Positions 46,549-61,618 are shown, counted from the stretch's first letter. The stretch: 64,000 nucleotides of DNA from Candidatus Eiseniibacteriota bacterium (GCA_963703225.1 OY969801.1:896001-960000); one strand, 5' to 3'. Translations and numbers: made by a program. Notes: generated by a model from the letters alone, not told the origin.

Positions 46549-47336
46549 CAGAGGACCTTCGCTTCCACGTGGAGGAGTCGCACCAGCTCGCGGGCGGTGT
46601 CTTTGGGATCACCCTCGAGAATTTTCCCCGCCGATCGGGGCGGGGGGAGCGCGGCGTCGAGAATCCGGATCGAGGCGGCGTCCGGGCCGACCGACGAGGG
46701 GTCCAGTCCCAGATCCGAGAGCGACCATTCGGGAATCACCTTCTTCTTCACCGCCATGATTCCCTTGAGCGACGCGTAGCGGGGCTCATTGAGCCCCTTC
46801 TGCGCGGTGATCACGGCCGGAATCTCGAACTCAACCTCCTCCAGCCCACCTTCCACCTCCCGCTTGGCCTTCCCGCTCTTTGCCGCCGCGTCCAGGGCGA
46901 GCGAGACGACGACCGAGACGTGGGGGAGGTCCAAGAGCTCCGCCAGGAGCACCCCCACCTGCGACCAGTCCTGATCCACGCCCTGCTTTCCGGTGAGGAT
47001 CAGGTCGTAGCCGGACTTTCGGGCCGCGGCGGCCAGCACGGTCGCGACCGCGAGCGGATCGCCGAGCGCGACGCCGTCCCCCTTGAGCCAGACGCCCTCG
47101 TCGGCGCCGAGGGAGAGCCCGTACTTGACCGCCTCCTTCACCCGATCGGGTCCGAGGCTCAGGACGGTGACCTTTCCCGCGGCGAGACGCTCGCGGATTC
47201 GGAGCGCTTCCTCGATCGCGAACTCGTCGTATGGGTTCACGACCCACTTGACGCTCGAGACGTCGACGGCGCCGTCCTTGATCTGGATGCGCGTCTCGGT
47301 GTCGGGCACCTGCTTCACGAACACGAGGACGTTCAT
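46548..47336 (-). CDS. etfB: electron transfer flavoprotein beta
   Basis: VKQVPDT, NPYDEFAIEEA, TGKQ.VD, LNEPRYASL. Confidence 0.95.
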   Translation of the reverse strand: MNVLVFVKQVPDTETRIQIKDGAVDVSSVKWVVNPYDEFAIEEALRIRERLAAGKVTVLSLGPDRVKEAVKYGLSLGADEGVWLKGDGVALGDPLAVATVLAAAARKSGYDLILTGKQGVDQDWSQVGVLLAELLDLPHVSVVVSLALDAAAKSGKAKREVEGGLEEVEFEIPAVITAQKGLNEPRYASLKGIMAVKKKVIPEWSLSDLGLDPSSVGPDAASIRILDAALPPPRSAGKILEGDPKDTARELVRLLHVEAKVL

Positions 47337-47416
47337 GCGGCCATCTCTCCGGGGAAGGGGCGACGATGAGCGCGGGAGTATAGTACGATGGTGAGTCCTA
47401 TGGAAGATTCGAGCCC

Positions 47417-49301
47417 ATGAAGCACCCCTTCTCGACGCGACTCGAGCGGGGCGTCGTGCTGGCCGACGGCGCCATGGGGACCTACCTCTACGAGCGGGGA
47501 ATTCCGTTCGACCGCTCGTTCGATCTCCTCAACCTGACGGACGCAGCCTTGGTGCAGGCCGTGCACCGGGAGTACATCCGCGCCGGGGCCGAGCTGATCG
47601 AGACGAATACCTTCGGAGCCAATCGCTACCGTCTCGCCGCGCACGGCGCCACGGAGCGCGCGCGGGTGGTGAATCGCGCGGGCGCCCAGCTCGCCCGAAA
47701 CGCTCGCGAGGAGGTGGGAGAGGCGGTGTTCGTCGCGGGGGCGATGGGGCCGCTCGGGAAGCCGGTCGCGCCGCTCGGGACGATCGCGCGCGAAGAAGCA
47801 TTCGACGCCTACAAGGAACAGGTGGAAGGGCTCGTCGAAGGGGGTGTCGATCTCCTGATCATCGAGACCCAGACCGATCTCGCCGAGGCGGCGATCGCGA
47901 TCGAAGCCGCCCGGAGCGTGACCGATCACCATCCGCTCGTTCTCCAGATGACCTTCACCGAAGACGGCCGCACGCTCTACGGCGCCTACCCGGAGGACGT
48001 GGCCCGGGCCGTCGACGGCAAGCTGGTGGACGTGCTCGGGGCCAACTGCAGCGTCGGGCCGCAGAAGCTTCTCGAGATGGTCGAGCGACTGAGCCGCCGG
48101 ACCAAGCTCCCGATCTCGGTCATGCCGAACGCCGGTCTTCCGCGATTCGTGAACGGGCGCTTCGTCTATCTCTCGTCGCCCGAGTATCTGGCCGAATACG
48201 CGGGCCGGTTCGCCGCCGCGGGCGCGCGCCTGATCGGCGGCTGCTGCGGAACGACCCCGGTCCATACGCGAAAGATGCGGGAAGCGCTCCGGGCGATGGC
48301 CAAGGGAGGCATCGTCGAGGCCCCGCCCGACGGCGCCGCGCCGCCCTCGATCACGACCGTTCCCTACGAGGAGGCCGCCCCCGCCACCGATCCCGCCAAC
48401 CGGACGCGGCTCTCGCGCAAGCTCGCCGACAAGACCTTCGTGGTGAGCGTGGAGGTCGATCCGCCGCGCGGCGCGCGCCCGAAGAAGATGATCGAGGGCG
48501 CCCAATTCCTGAAAAACGCCGGCGTCGACGTGATCAACGTGGCCGACAGCCCGATGGCCCGCGTCCGCATGTCCTCGATCGCGCTCGCCTCCATGATCAC
48601 GAACCAGGTCGGGATCGAGACGATCCTCCACTTCACCTGCCGCGACCGGAACCTCATGGGGATCCAGTCCGACCTGATGGGCGCCCACGCGCTCGGGATC
48701 CGGAACATCCTGGCGCTCACGGGCGATCCGCCGCGGGCGGGGGACTACCCGAACGCGACGGCGGTGTTCGACGTCGATTCGGTCGGGCTGATCCGGGTCC
48801 TGAAGCAGCTGAACGCCGGGACCGACCTGGGCGGCAACTCGATCGGGGAGCCGACCGCGTTTCTGATCGGCTGCGCGGTGAATCCGACCGCCGAGAATTT
48901 CGACGAGGAGATGGAGCGCTTCGCGCGAAAGATGGAGGCCGGCGCCGAGTTCGCGATGACGCAGCCGCTCTACGAGCTGGACACGCTCGTCCGATTCCTG
49001 AATCGGCTCGGATCCAATCGCATCCCAGTTCTTCTAGGGCTTCTTCCCGCTGCAGAGCCACCGACACGCCGAATTCCTCCACAACGAGGTCCCGGGGATC
49101 AACATTCCGGACGACGCCCGCGCCGCCATGCGCGAGGCCGGGGAGAAGGGGATCGAGGTCGGGGTGGAAATGTGCAGGAAGCTCCTCCTCCAGGCCCGGG
49201 ACCAGGTGGAAGGGGCGTATCTGATGCCCTCCTTCGGGCGTTACGAGGTGGTCGCCCGGGTGGCCGAGGCGGTACTCACCGGAGCCCGGCAATCCTCTTG
49301 A
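47417..49301 (+). CDS. yitJ: bifunctional homocysteine S-methyltransferase/methylenetetrahydrofolate reductase, frameshift near 49050
   Basis: DGAMGT, ETNTFGAN, NCSVGP, GGCCGT; EVDPP, HFTCRDRN, TGDPP, TQP; HNEVPGI..YLMP in the shifted frame to TGA at 49301. Confidence 0.88.
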
Positions 49302-49326
49302 AGCACAAGCACTTCGGTGATAGCAT
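49298..49326 (+). promoter_or_regulatory. promoter of tRNA-Leu-tig-clpP-clpX-lon
   Basis: TTGAAG(49298-303)-N17-TAGCAT(49321-26) with extended TG. Confidence 0.55.
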
Positions 49327-49345
49327 CGATTGCCGGAACGCCTAC

Positions 49346-49430
49346 GCGAGAGTGGCGGAACTGGCAGACGCGCGGGACTTAGGATCCCGTGAGGAAACTC
49401 GTGGGGGTTCAACTCCCCCCTCTCGCACCA
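49346..49430 (+). tRNA. tRNA-Leu (anticodon TAG)
   Basis: GCGAGAG/CTCTCGC acceptor stem plus ACCA, D-loop GGCGGAACTGGCAGACGC, anticodon arm CGGGA-CTTAGGA-TCCCG, long variable arm, GTTCAA T-loop. Confidence 0.97.
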
Positions 49431-49443
49431 ATATTCGAGGAGA

Positions 49444-50722
49444 ATGACTCCGTTGAAGGTGGATGTCCGCGACAGCGAAGACGCTGCCTGGCAGAAGGTT
49501 CTGGCGATCGAGGTGCCGGCCGAGGAACTGGCCGAGGACTACGCCGCGATCCTCGAGGACTACCAGAAGAAGGCCGTCCTACCTGGATTTCGGAAGGGCC
49601 GGGTGCCCCGGAACGTCCTGGAGCTTCAATTCGGACATTCGCTGGAGCACGAGGTCCTCGAGCGGGCCGTGAAGCGGTCCTACGAACGGGCCTTGCGAGA
49701 GCAAGGGCTGGAGCCGGTCTCCTATCCGGCCATCGAGAAGATCCGCTTCGACAAGGGCAAGCCTCTCAGCTACGAGGCGAAGGTGGACATCAGGCCAACC
49801 GTAACCCCAAGGGATTACTTCGGTTTAGACATCAGGTCGGACGAGCCGGTGGTGGGAGAGGACGCGGTCGAGAAGGCGATCGAGGAGCTTCGACAGCGAA
49901 CGGCGGAATGGATTCCCGTGGAGCGGGAGACCGCCCCTGGGGACGCCGTGGTGGTCGACTACGTGCGCCTGAACGCCAAGGGGAAGCCGATCCACCGCTC
50001 GCACCAGAAGGACGCCCTGGTGGAGCTGGATGCCCAGGGGCTTTTGCCGGAGTTTCGGGAGCACCTGGTCGGGAAAAAGACTGGGGACCACGTTGATTTC
50101 AACGTGACCTACCCGGCGGAGTTTGGAAACGAGGAGCTGAGAGGAAAGACGGTCACGTTCTCGCTCGACGTCAAGGGCGTCCGGGAGAAGCGGGTGCGCC
50201 CTCTGGACGACGCGTTTGCCTCGGAAGTCGTGGGGATGCGCGATCTCGCCGAGCTGAAGGCCAGAATTCGGCTGAATCTCGAGGGGGAAGCGCGCCTCAA
50301 AGCACTCCGGGATCAGGAGGAGGCGATCGTCGATCAGATTATCGCCAAGAATCCTTTCCACCTGCCGGAGAGCATGGTGCATGAGTATCTGGAAGAGCTC
50401 CTCCAGCGTCTAAAGGGTGAGGGTCGGGCCTGGACGCCCGAGGAAGAGGAGCGCTTTCGGTCGGAATATCGGCCCGCTGGCCGAGCGGCGCATCAAGCGC
50501 GATCTCCTGATGGACGCGATCATCCGCACCGAGGGTGTGTCGGTGACCGACGACGAGATCGACCAGACGCTCCGGGGCTCGGCGGAAGACGGGGCGCCGC
50601 CTCAGGAGACGGAGCGGCTGCTCCGAAACCCGGCCCAGAGGGACCGCGCCCGGGCGCATTTGACGGAACGGAAGCTTTTCGCGCTGCTTCGGGAGAAAGC
50701 GCGGCTTAAGATGGCGGTCTGA
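49444..50722 (+). CDS. tig: trigger factor, frameshift near 50475
   Basis: [10 protein letters not shown] signature, FKBP domain ([16 protein letters not shown]), upstream of clpP. Confidence 0.93.
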
Positions 50723-50756
50723 TGACCCGATGTTCGTCGGTAAGGAGGGAGCAAGC

Positions 50757-51381
50757 ATGTCGCTGGTACCCATCGTCGTGGAGCAGAGCGGGCGCGGGGA
50801 GCGCGCCTACGACATCTTCTCGCGCCTGCTCAAGGACCGGATCATCTTCATCGGGACGCCGATCGACGACATCGTCGCCAACCTGATCATCGCCCAGCTG
50901 CTCTTCCTCGAGGCGCGAGGATCCGGACCGGGACATCAACCTCTACATCAACTCGCCCGGGCGGCGTCGTCTCGGCCGGGCTCGCGATCTACGACACGAT
51001 GCAGTTCATCAAGCCCGACGTGGCGACGATCTGCATGGGGCAGGCGGCCAGCATGGCGGCGCTGCTGCTCGCGGCCGGGGCGCCAGGGCAAGCGCTCGGC
51101 GCTGCCGAACTCGCGGATCATGATCCACCAGCCGCTGGGCGGGAGCCAGGGCCAGGCGACCGACATCGAGATCTACACGAAGGAGATCCTGACGCTGCGC
51201 GACCGAGCTGAACGAGATCCTGCCCAAGCACACGGACCAGCCGCTCGAGAAGATCGAGCAGGACACCGACCGCAACTTCTTCATGTCGGCCGAGGAGGCC
51301 AAGACGTACGGGATCGTGGACAAGGTGATCTCGAAGCTCGATACGCTGAAGATCAAGCCCGAGCCGGTTCCGGTCGGCTAG
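50757..51381 (+). CDS. clpP: ATP-dependent Clp protease proteolytic subunit, multiple indels
   Basis: [54 protein letters not shown]. Confidence 0.93.
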
Positions 51382-51397
51382 GAGCCGATACCCCGAC

Positions 51398-52660
<1,263 letters not shown>

Positions 52661-52663
52661 CTC

Positions 52664-55077
52664 ATGACCAAAGTCGAACGCGACGGCGAGGTGTTCGAGA
52701 TCCGGGAGCGGCTGCCGCTGCTGCCGCTCCGGGACGTCGTCATCTTCCCGTACATGACCATCCCGCTTCTGGTGGGCCGCGTCGCCGTCGGTGAACGCGA
52801 TCGAGGCGCGCGGTCGCAGCGGGACCGGATGCTGTTCGTGCTCGCGCAGCGCCGGCCCGAGGTCACCGATCCGGCGCTCCAAGGATCTCTACCGCGTGGG
52901 CACGGTGGTCCGCGTGCTCCAGCTCTTCCGGCTTCCGGACGGCACCATGCGGGTGCTGGTCGAGGGGATCTGCCGCGGCCGCGCCAAGAAGTTCTTCGCC
53001 GGGCGGCGACTCGATGTCCGCCTCCGTCACGGTCCTGAAGGACGAAGTCCAGGCGGAGCCCGAGCTCGAGGCGCTGATGCGGAACGTCCTCGCCTCGTTC
53101 AACGACTACGTGCACCTGAACCGCCGCATCCCGGACGAGGTCCTGCTCGACCGCCAACAACATCGCCGAACCCGGTCCTCGCTCTCCTACACGATCGCCT
53201 CCCACCTGATTCTCAAGGTGCGGCGTGAAGCAGGAGATCTTGGAGCAGGACGACCTGGTCGAGCGCTTCAAGCTGCTTGAGCCGGACCATGGCGAGCGAG
53301 CTGGAGATCCTGAAGCTCGAGCGCAAGATCGAGGGCCAGGTTCGGAGCCAGGTCCACAAGAACCAGAAGGAGTTCTATCTCAACGAGCAGCTCAAGGCGA
53401 TCCGCAAGGAGCTGGGCTACCAGAACGAGTTCTCCAACGAGATCGAGGAGCTGGTCCAGCAGGTCAAGCGCGCAAGATGCCCAAGGATGTGAACGACAAG
53501 GCGCTGAAGGAGCTGGACAAGCTCCCGAAGATGTCCTTCATGTCGCCCGAGGCGACGGTCGTGCGCAACTACGTCGACTGGCTCGTCTCGCTGCCCTGGA
53601 GCGTGATGACCGAGGACAACCCGGACATCAAGGCGGTGGAGCGGATCCTCGACGAGGACCACTACGGCTTGAAGAAGGTGAAGGAGCGGATCGTCGAGTA
53701 CCTGGCGGTGCTCAAGCTCTCGGGCGGGCTCAAGGGCCCGATCCTCTGCTTCGTCGGCCCGCCGGGCGTGGGCAAGACCTCGCTCGGCAAGTCGATCGCC
53801 CGCGCGCATGGGGCGGAAGTTCGTCCGGATGTCGCTCGGCGGCGTCCGCGACGAGGCGGAGATCCGCGGCCATCGGCGCACCTACATCGGCTCGCTGCCG
53901 GGCCGGATCATCCAGGGAATGAAGCGGGCCGGCTCGCGCAATCCCGTGTTCCTGCTCGACGAGATCGACAAGCTGGGGATGGATTTCCGCGGCGACCCCG
54001 CGTCGGCGCTGCTCGAGGTGCTCGACCCGGAGCAGAACCACACGTTCCAGGACCACTACCTCGAGGTCGACTTCGATCTCTCGCAGGTCATGTTCATCAC
54101 CACGAGCAACACGCTCTACTCGATTCCGCCGGCGCTGGTCGACCGGATGGAGATCATCCGGCTGCCGGGCTATCTCGAGTTCGAGAAGGTCGAGATCGCG
54201 AAGAAGTTCCTGCTGCCCAAGGAGTCGCAAGGCCCACGGGCTGGAGCCCACGGATCTCAAGATCGGCGACAAGGCGCTCCGGGCGATCATCAACCAGTAC
54301 ACGCGCGAGGCCGGCGTGCGCAGCCTCGAGCGCGAGATCGCCGCGATCTGCCGCAAGGTCGCGCGGAAGAAGGCCACCAACGCCAAGGCCCGGACCTTCC
54401 ACGTCACCGAGGCCAAGCTTCCGACCCTGCTCGGCGTGCCGAAGTACATGGAGAGCCAGATCGAGCGGCGCTCCCGCGTGGGCGTGGCAACGGGCTTGGC
54501 CTGGACCGATGCGGGCGGCGACGTGCTCAACGTGGAGGTGAGCGTGGTGCCCGGCTCGGGCGCGCTCTCCCTCACCGGCAAGCTCGGCGAGACGATGCGG
54601 GAGTCGGGCCAGGCGGCGCTCTCCTACACGCGCTCCCGCGCCGTAGCGCTCGGCCTCGACAAGAAGTTCTACAAGGACATCGACGTCCACGTGCACCTGC
54701 CGGAGGGCGCCATCCCCAAGGACGGCCCCTCGGCCGGCATCACGATGGCCACCGCGCTGGTTTCGGCCCTCACCGGGGTTCCGACCCGCGACGACGTGGC
54801 CATGACCGGCGAGATCACGCTCCTCGGCAATGTGCTCCCGATCGGCGGATTGAACGAGAAGGTGGTCGCGGCCATGCGCGCCGGCGTCAAGGAAGTCATC
54901 ATCCCCAAGCTGAACGAGAAGGACTTGAAAGAGTTGCCCGATTTCGTGAGGCAGGGCGTCACGTTCCGGCTCGTCGAGACGATGGACGACGTTCTGGAGA
55001 TCGCGCTCAACCCCGGCGAATCCCGGCAGAGCGTCCAGAGCGGCGCGGACGAGAAGCATCTCCCGCTGGCCCACTAG
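52664..55077 (+). CDS. lon: Lon protease, multiple indels
   Basis: [64 protein letters not shown]. Confidence 0.94.
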
Positions 55078-55117
55078 TCACCTCCCCCAGGAAGAGCGCG
55101 GCACGAAGGAGCATCGA

Positions 55118-56278
55118 GTGAAGCGCGTCCTTTTCACCCCGGGCCCCACGCAGCTTCCCTCCGAGGTCTTGGAGGCGATGGCGCGGCCGATCATCCACCA
55201 CCGCACAGACGAGTACCGCGCGCAGTTCCTCGAAATGACCCGCCTCTTGGCGGAGCACCTGGGGACGTCCCAGCCGGTCATCACCCTCGCCTGCTCCGGT
55301 ACGGGCGCGATGGAGGCTGCTGTCGCCAACGTTCTCTCGCCCGGCGAGGAGGCGGTCATCGTGGAGGGTGGGAAGTTCGGATTCCGGTGGGCCACGATCT
55401 GTGAGGCCTACGGGGTCGTTCCGCGCCTCGTGAGCGTCCCGTGGGGGCGCGTCGCGAAGGTGGGTGCCGTCGAGGCGGCGCTCGACGCTCACCCGAAGGC
55501 CAAGGTCTTGTTCCTCACCCACAGCGAGACCTCGACGGGGGCGCTTTTTCCGGTCCACGAGATCGCCCGGGCAGCCCGCGCGCGCGACGTCGCGACGATC
55601 GTCGACGCGATCACGAGCTTCGGCGTCTACGATCTCGGGTTCGACCGGTCCGACATCGACGGTATCGTCTGGGGCGCGCAAAAGGGGATGATGATCCCGC
55701 CTGGACTCGCGAATCTCTGTCTCTCCCCGCGGGGATGGGAGCGGGTCGAGCGAGCACGCCTTCCGAGGTTCTACTTCGATCTCCGGAAAGCGCGCGCGGA
55801 TCTGGAGAAGGGAGACACGCCGTTCACGCCGGCGATCACCCTCGTCCTCGCGGCCCGCGCGGCGGCGACGATCATGGCGAACGAGGGCAGGGAGCAGGTC
55901 TTTGCCCGCCACCAGCGAAACGCCGACGCCACGCGGAACGCGGCGATAGCGCTCGGACTAAAGCTCTTCGCGGAGGTGCCTTCGAACGCGTTGACGGCCG
56001 TGGTCGCCCCCGCCGGCCTGGACGCCGGCGCGGTGGTGAAGACGATGGAGCAGCGCTACGGCGTCAAGATCGCCGGAGGGCAGAATCAGCTCAAGGGCAA
56101 GATCTTCCGGCTCGGGCACATCGGCTACTACGACCAGGGGGACATCCTCCGTCTGGTCGGGGCCTTCGAATCGGCCCTGATCGACCACGGGCACGCGGTC
56201 GAGCCCGGGACCGCGGTCCGTGCGGCCTCCGAGTCGTTTCGTCGCGGCTCCGCGGACGCGCCGGCTCAAGTCCGGTGA
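55118..56278 (+). CDS. class V aminotransferase (alanine-glyoxylate/serine-pyruvate type, possible phosphoserine aminotransferase)
   Basis: [45 protein letters not shown]; upstream of serA. Confidence 0.88.
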   Translation: MKRVLFTPGPTQLPSEVLEAMARPIIHHRTDEYRAQFLEMTRLLAEHLGTSQPVITLACSGTGAMEAAVANVLSPGEEAVIVEGGKFGFRWATICEAYGVVPRLVSVPWGRVAKVGAVEAALDAHPKAKVLFLTHSETSTGALFPVHEIARAARARDVATIVDAITSFGVYDLGFDRSDIDGIVWGAQKGMMIPPGLANLCLSPRGWERVERARLPRFYFDLRKARADLEKGDTPFTPAITLVLAARAAATIMANEGREQVFARHQRNADATRNAAIALGLKLFAEVPSNALTAVVAPAGLDAGAVVKTMEQRYGVKIAGGQNQLKGKIFRLGHIGYYDQGDILRLVGAFESALIDHGHAVEPGTAVRAASESFRRGSADAPAQVR

Positions 56279-56323
56279 GCTTAGGGGCGGCCTCGTAGAG
56301 CGCCGGCCGGCCCGGACCGCAAC

Positions 56324-57259
56324 ATGACCCGCACCCTCCTCGTCAGCGACCCGCTCACGCCACGCGCGATCGAGATGCTGAAGGCTGCTCCCGGTATCAC
56401 GGTGATCGAGCGTCTCGGTCTTGGCGAATCGGATCTCCTGCCGCTGGTCGCCGGGATCGACGGTTGGATCGTCCGCGGAGCCACCAAGGTCACCCGCCGC
56501 CTCATCCAGGCCGCGCCCAAGCTCCGCTGGATCGGCCGCGCGGGCGCGGGGCTCGACAACATCGACGTCGCGACCGCGAAGGCTCGAGGCATCGAGGTCT
56601 TGAACGTCCCTGGGGCCAACGCGGTCGCGGTGGCCGAGCTGGTCCTTGGGTTGCTCCTATCGCTGATTCGCCACCTGCCGGCTGCCGACGCCTCCGTCCG
56701 CCGCGGCGAATGGGACAAGTCGCGGTTCATGGGCCGGGAGCTTCGAGGGATGACGCTCGGGATTGTCGGGCTGGGGAAGATCGGGTCGGCGGTGGCGCGC
56801 CGCGCCCTCGGATTCGAGATGATCTGCGTCGGACACGACCCGCTGGTTTCGGACGTGGCCGCGCGGGCCCTGGGGGTCGAGCCCCTCACGATGGACACGC
56901 TCCTCTCCCGCGCCGACATCCTCACGCTCCATGTTCCGATCACGGCCGAGACAAGGGGAATGATCGGTGCCGCCCAGATCGGCCGAATGCCTCGGGGCGC
57001 CATACTCGTCAACGCGGCACGGGGCGGCCTGGTGGACGAGGCCGCGCTCCTGGCCGCCCTCGAGACCGGCGCGCTTTCCGGGGCGGCGCTCGACGTCTTT
57101 GCCCACGAGCCTCCCAAGGAGTCCCTCCTCCTCAGCCATCCGCGCGTGGTGATGACCCCCCATATCGGGGCGGCGACCGTGGAGGCCCAGGAGGCGGTGG
57201 GGGAGGAGATCGTGAAGGCTATTTTGGTCCGTATGGCGGCCGCCCCGGCGGCGCCTTGA
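56324..57259 (+). CDS. serA: D-3-phosphoglycerate dehydrogenase-like protein, no ACT domain
   Basis: GRAGAGLDNID, NAVAVAE, GLGKIG, NAARGG, LDVF..EP, TPHIGAAT.EAQ. Confidence 0.75.
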   Translation: MTRTLLVSDPLTPRAIEMLKAAPGITVIERLGLGESDLLPLVAGIDGWIVRGATKVTRRLIQAAPKLRWIGRAGAGLDNIDVATAKARGIEVLNVPGANAVAVAELVLGLLLSLIRHLPAADASVRRGEWDKSRFMGRELRGMTLGIVGLGKIGSAVARRALGFEMICVGHDPLVSDVAARALGVEPLTMDTLLSRADILTLHVPITAETRGMIGAAQIGRMPRGAILVNAARGGLVDEAALLAALETGALSGAALDVFAHEPPKESLLLSHPRVVMTPHIGAATVEAQEAVGEEIVKAILVRMAAAPAAP

Positions 57260-57285
57260 ATGCCACCGGCGGGCCGGATTTTTTA

Positions 57286-57488
57286 TTGACAGGTTTTCGA
57301 GTCGGCGCGAGCATTGTCGGATCGCGGAAAGGAGGTGGTCCATTGCATAAATGTGGCAGACGGATCAGCGGAGGTGGCTGTAGCTAGCGCTACACGCTGC
57401 GCGCATTAGCCTGGTGTGGCCTGGCTAATTCCAACAGCCCACCGGAGAAATCGGGGAGAGGAGCCGTCAGCCTCTCCCCTCTCTTTTT
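57286..57488 (+). ncRNA. candidate stand-alone structured sRNA / micro-ORF transcription unit
   Basis: TTGACA(57286-91)-N17-GAGCAT; AAAGGAGGTGGTCCA; hairpins at 57379-57394 and 57405-57429; terminator 57453-57488. Confidence 0.55.
57453..57488 (+). terminator. intrinsic terminator
   Basis: GGGGAGAGG-N9-CCTCTCCCC followed by TCTCTTTTT. Confidence 0.8.
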
Positions 57489-57507
57489 CGGCGCCATATC
57501 GCCTCCC

Positions 57508-57595
57508 TTGACGGGGCCGGTGGGGCTTTGGTACCTTAGCTCGGCTTAGCTGGTACCGCGAACCGCGAGGCCGCTCCGCTCGCGGTCTTTTGTTT
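57508..57595 (+). promoter_or_regulatory. purA promoter plus leader terminator hairpin
   Basis: TTGACG(57508-13)-N18-TACCTT(57532-37) with TG; ACCGCGAG-N9-CTCGCGGT followed by CTTTTGTTT (57562-57595). Confidence 0.55.
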
Positions 57596-57610
57596 GGGGG
57601 GAATAGCGTC

Positions 57611-58909
57611 ATGTCGTGCCGAGTCGTGGTGGGCGCCCAGTGGGGCGATGAGGGGAAAGGGAAGATCGTCGACCTTCTGAGCCAGGAGGCCGACATCGTC
57701 GCGCGGTACCAGGGCGGTCCGAACGCCGGGCACACCGTCTGCGTCGGGGAGCGGCAGTTCGTACTCCACTTGATCCCGTCGGGGATCCTCCGCCCCCGCA
57801 CGATCTGCTACATCGGAAACGGCGTGGTCGTCGATCCCGACGCGCTCCGCGCGGAGCGGGAGACGCTCCTCAAGCAGGGCATCTCGGTCGAGGGGAGGCT
57901 CTTCGTCTCCGGCTCGGCCCATGTCATCCTCCCCGATCATCGGGTGCTCGAGCGGCGGGACGAGGCCGGGCAGAGCCCGATCGGCACCACGGGGCGCGGC
58001 ATCGGCCCGGCGTATACCGATAAGGCGGGCCGGGTGGGGCTTCGGGTGGTCGACCTGCTCGAGCGCGAGACCCGCGAGGAGCGCGTGCGTCGGCTCCGCG
58101 AGCGGACGCTCCGCATGGTCGGCCCGGACGCCACGGTCGAGCCGCTCGACGAGGTCTTGGCGAAATGCGAAGCCGACGCGGAGCTATTTCGCCCCATCGT
58201 CGCCAACGTCTCGCGCGAGGTGAACGCCGCGCTGGCCGCCGGGAAGCGGATCCTTCTCGAAGGCGCGCAGGGGACCCACCTCGATCTGGATCACGGCACC
58301 TACCCCTTCGTCACCTCCTCGAGCGCGGTATCCGGCGGCGCCTGCACGGGCGTCGGGATCGGCCCGACCCACATCGACGAAGTGATCGGCGTGGCCAAGG
58401 CCTACGCGACCCGGGTGGGGAACGGACCCTTCCCCTCGGAGATCACGGGGGAGATGGCCGACCGGCTGCGGGAGGAAGGGAACGAGTATGGAGCGACGAC
58501 GGGGAGGCCTCGCCGCTGCGGCTGGTTCGACGCCGTGGCGATCCGCCACGCCGCTCGGGTCAACGGGCTCACCCAGCTCGTGATCACCAAGCTCGACGTC
58601 CTCGACGCGCTGCCTGAGATCCAGGCCGTCACGGCGTACGACGTTCGCGGCGTCCGCGTCACCGAGATGCCGGAGTCGCTCGCCGACCTGCGCGACGCGA
58701 GGCCGGTGCACGAGCGCTTCCAGGGCTGGCAGACCCCGACGATCCGCGCGCGCCAGTGGGACGACCTGCCTCGCGAAGCGCGACGCTACCTCGACCGATT
58801 GGAGGAGCTGGCCGGCGTCTCGATCCGGCTCGTTTCGGTCGGCTCGGGGCGGGACGAGAACGTCCAGCGATTCGCCAATCCTCGGCCGTCGACGATTCCG
58901 GGGCGGTAG
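57611..58909 (+). CDS. purA: adenylosuccinate synthetase
   Basis: GAQWGDEGKGK, QGGPNAGHT, IGTTGRGIGPAY, EGAQG, GTYPFVTSS, TRVGNGPFP, GATTGRPRRCGW. Confidence 0.98.
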   Translation: MSCRVVVGAQWGDEGKGKIVDLLSQEADIVARYQGGPNAGHTVCVGERQFVLHLIPSGILRPRTICYIGNGVVVDPDALRAERETLLKQGISVEGRLFVSGSAHVILPDHRVLERRDEAGQSPIGTTGRGIGPAYTDKAGRVGLRVVDLLERETREERVRRLRERTLRMVGPDATVEPLDEVLAKCEADAELFRPIVANVSREVNAALAAGKRILLEGAQGTHLDLDHGTYPFVTSSSAVSGGACTGVGIGPTHIDEVIGVAKAYATRVGNGPFPSEITGEMADRLREEGNEYGATTGRPRRCGWFDAVAIRHAARVNGLTQLVITKLDVLDALPEIQAVTAYDVRGVRVTEMPESLADLRDARPVHERFQGWQTPTIRARQWDDLPREARRYLDRLEELAGVSIRLVSVGSGRDENVQRFANPRPSTIPGR

Positions 58910-58940
58910 CGACCACAACCCGGCCCGGCAGGGATGGCCC

Positions 58941-58970
58941 TCGACAGGGACCGGGTCAGCCTGCTATAAA
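58941..58970 (+). promoter_or_regulatory. hppA promoter
   Basis: TCGACA-N18-TATAAA with extended TG. Confidence 0.5.
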
Positions 58971-59075
58971 CACCTGTTCTCAGGGGGCTCCACACATCGC
59001 CGGGCGATGAAGCGCCTGCCACCCCCGCAGGCGGCCAACCCCACCAAAAGTCCAATCTCGAAGTGAGGAGACAAG

Positions 59076-61573
<2,498 letters not shown>

Positions 61574-61618
61574 CGGGGGAAGGTTAGCGGGGCGGGGCCG
61601 GCGCCGCGGCATACTCGA

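Noticed and set aside
47337..47416. SAM riboswitch before yitJ (and cobalamin riboswitch before cobO)
   Set aside because: The intergenic spaces are too short and lack the consensus elements.
49346..49444. tRNA-Leu as an integration site
   Set aside because: No integrase or duplicated tRNA 3' end is visible; tig follows directly.
57328..57342. Reverse-complement 16S rRNA fragment
   Set aside because: The match stops after 15 nt and the flanks are not rRNA-like; it is treated as an extended SD.
57351..57383. Trp attenuator leader MWQTDQRRWL
   Set aside because: Trp codons are not adjacent, SD spacing is poor, no trp genes follow, and purA has its own candidate promoter.
59002..59045. Fluoride riboswitch-like start GGCGATG..CGCC upstream of hppA
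   Set aside because: The 3' pseudoknot element (CTGATG/CTAATG..CTAC) is missing, so only the hairpins are reported.
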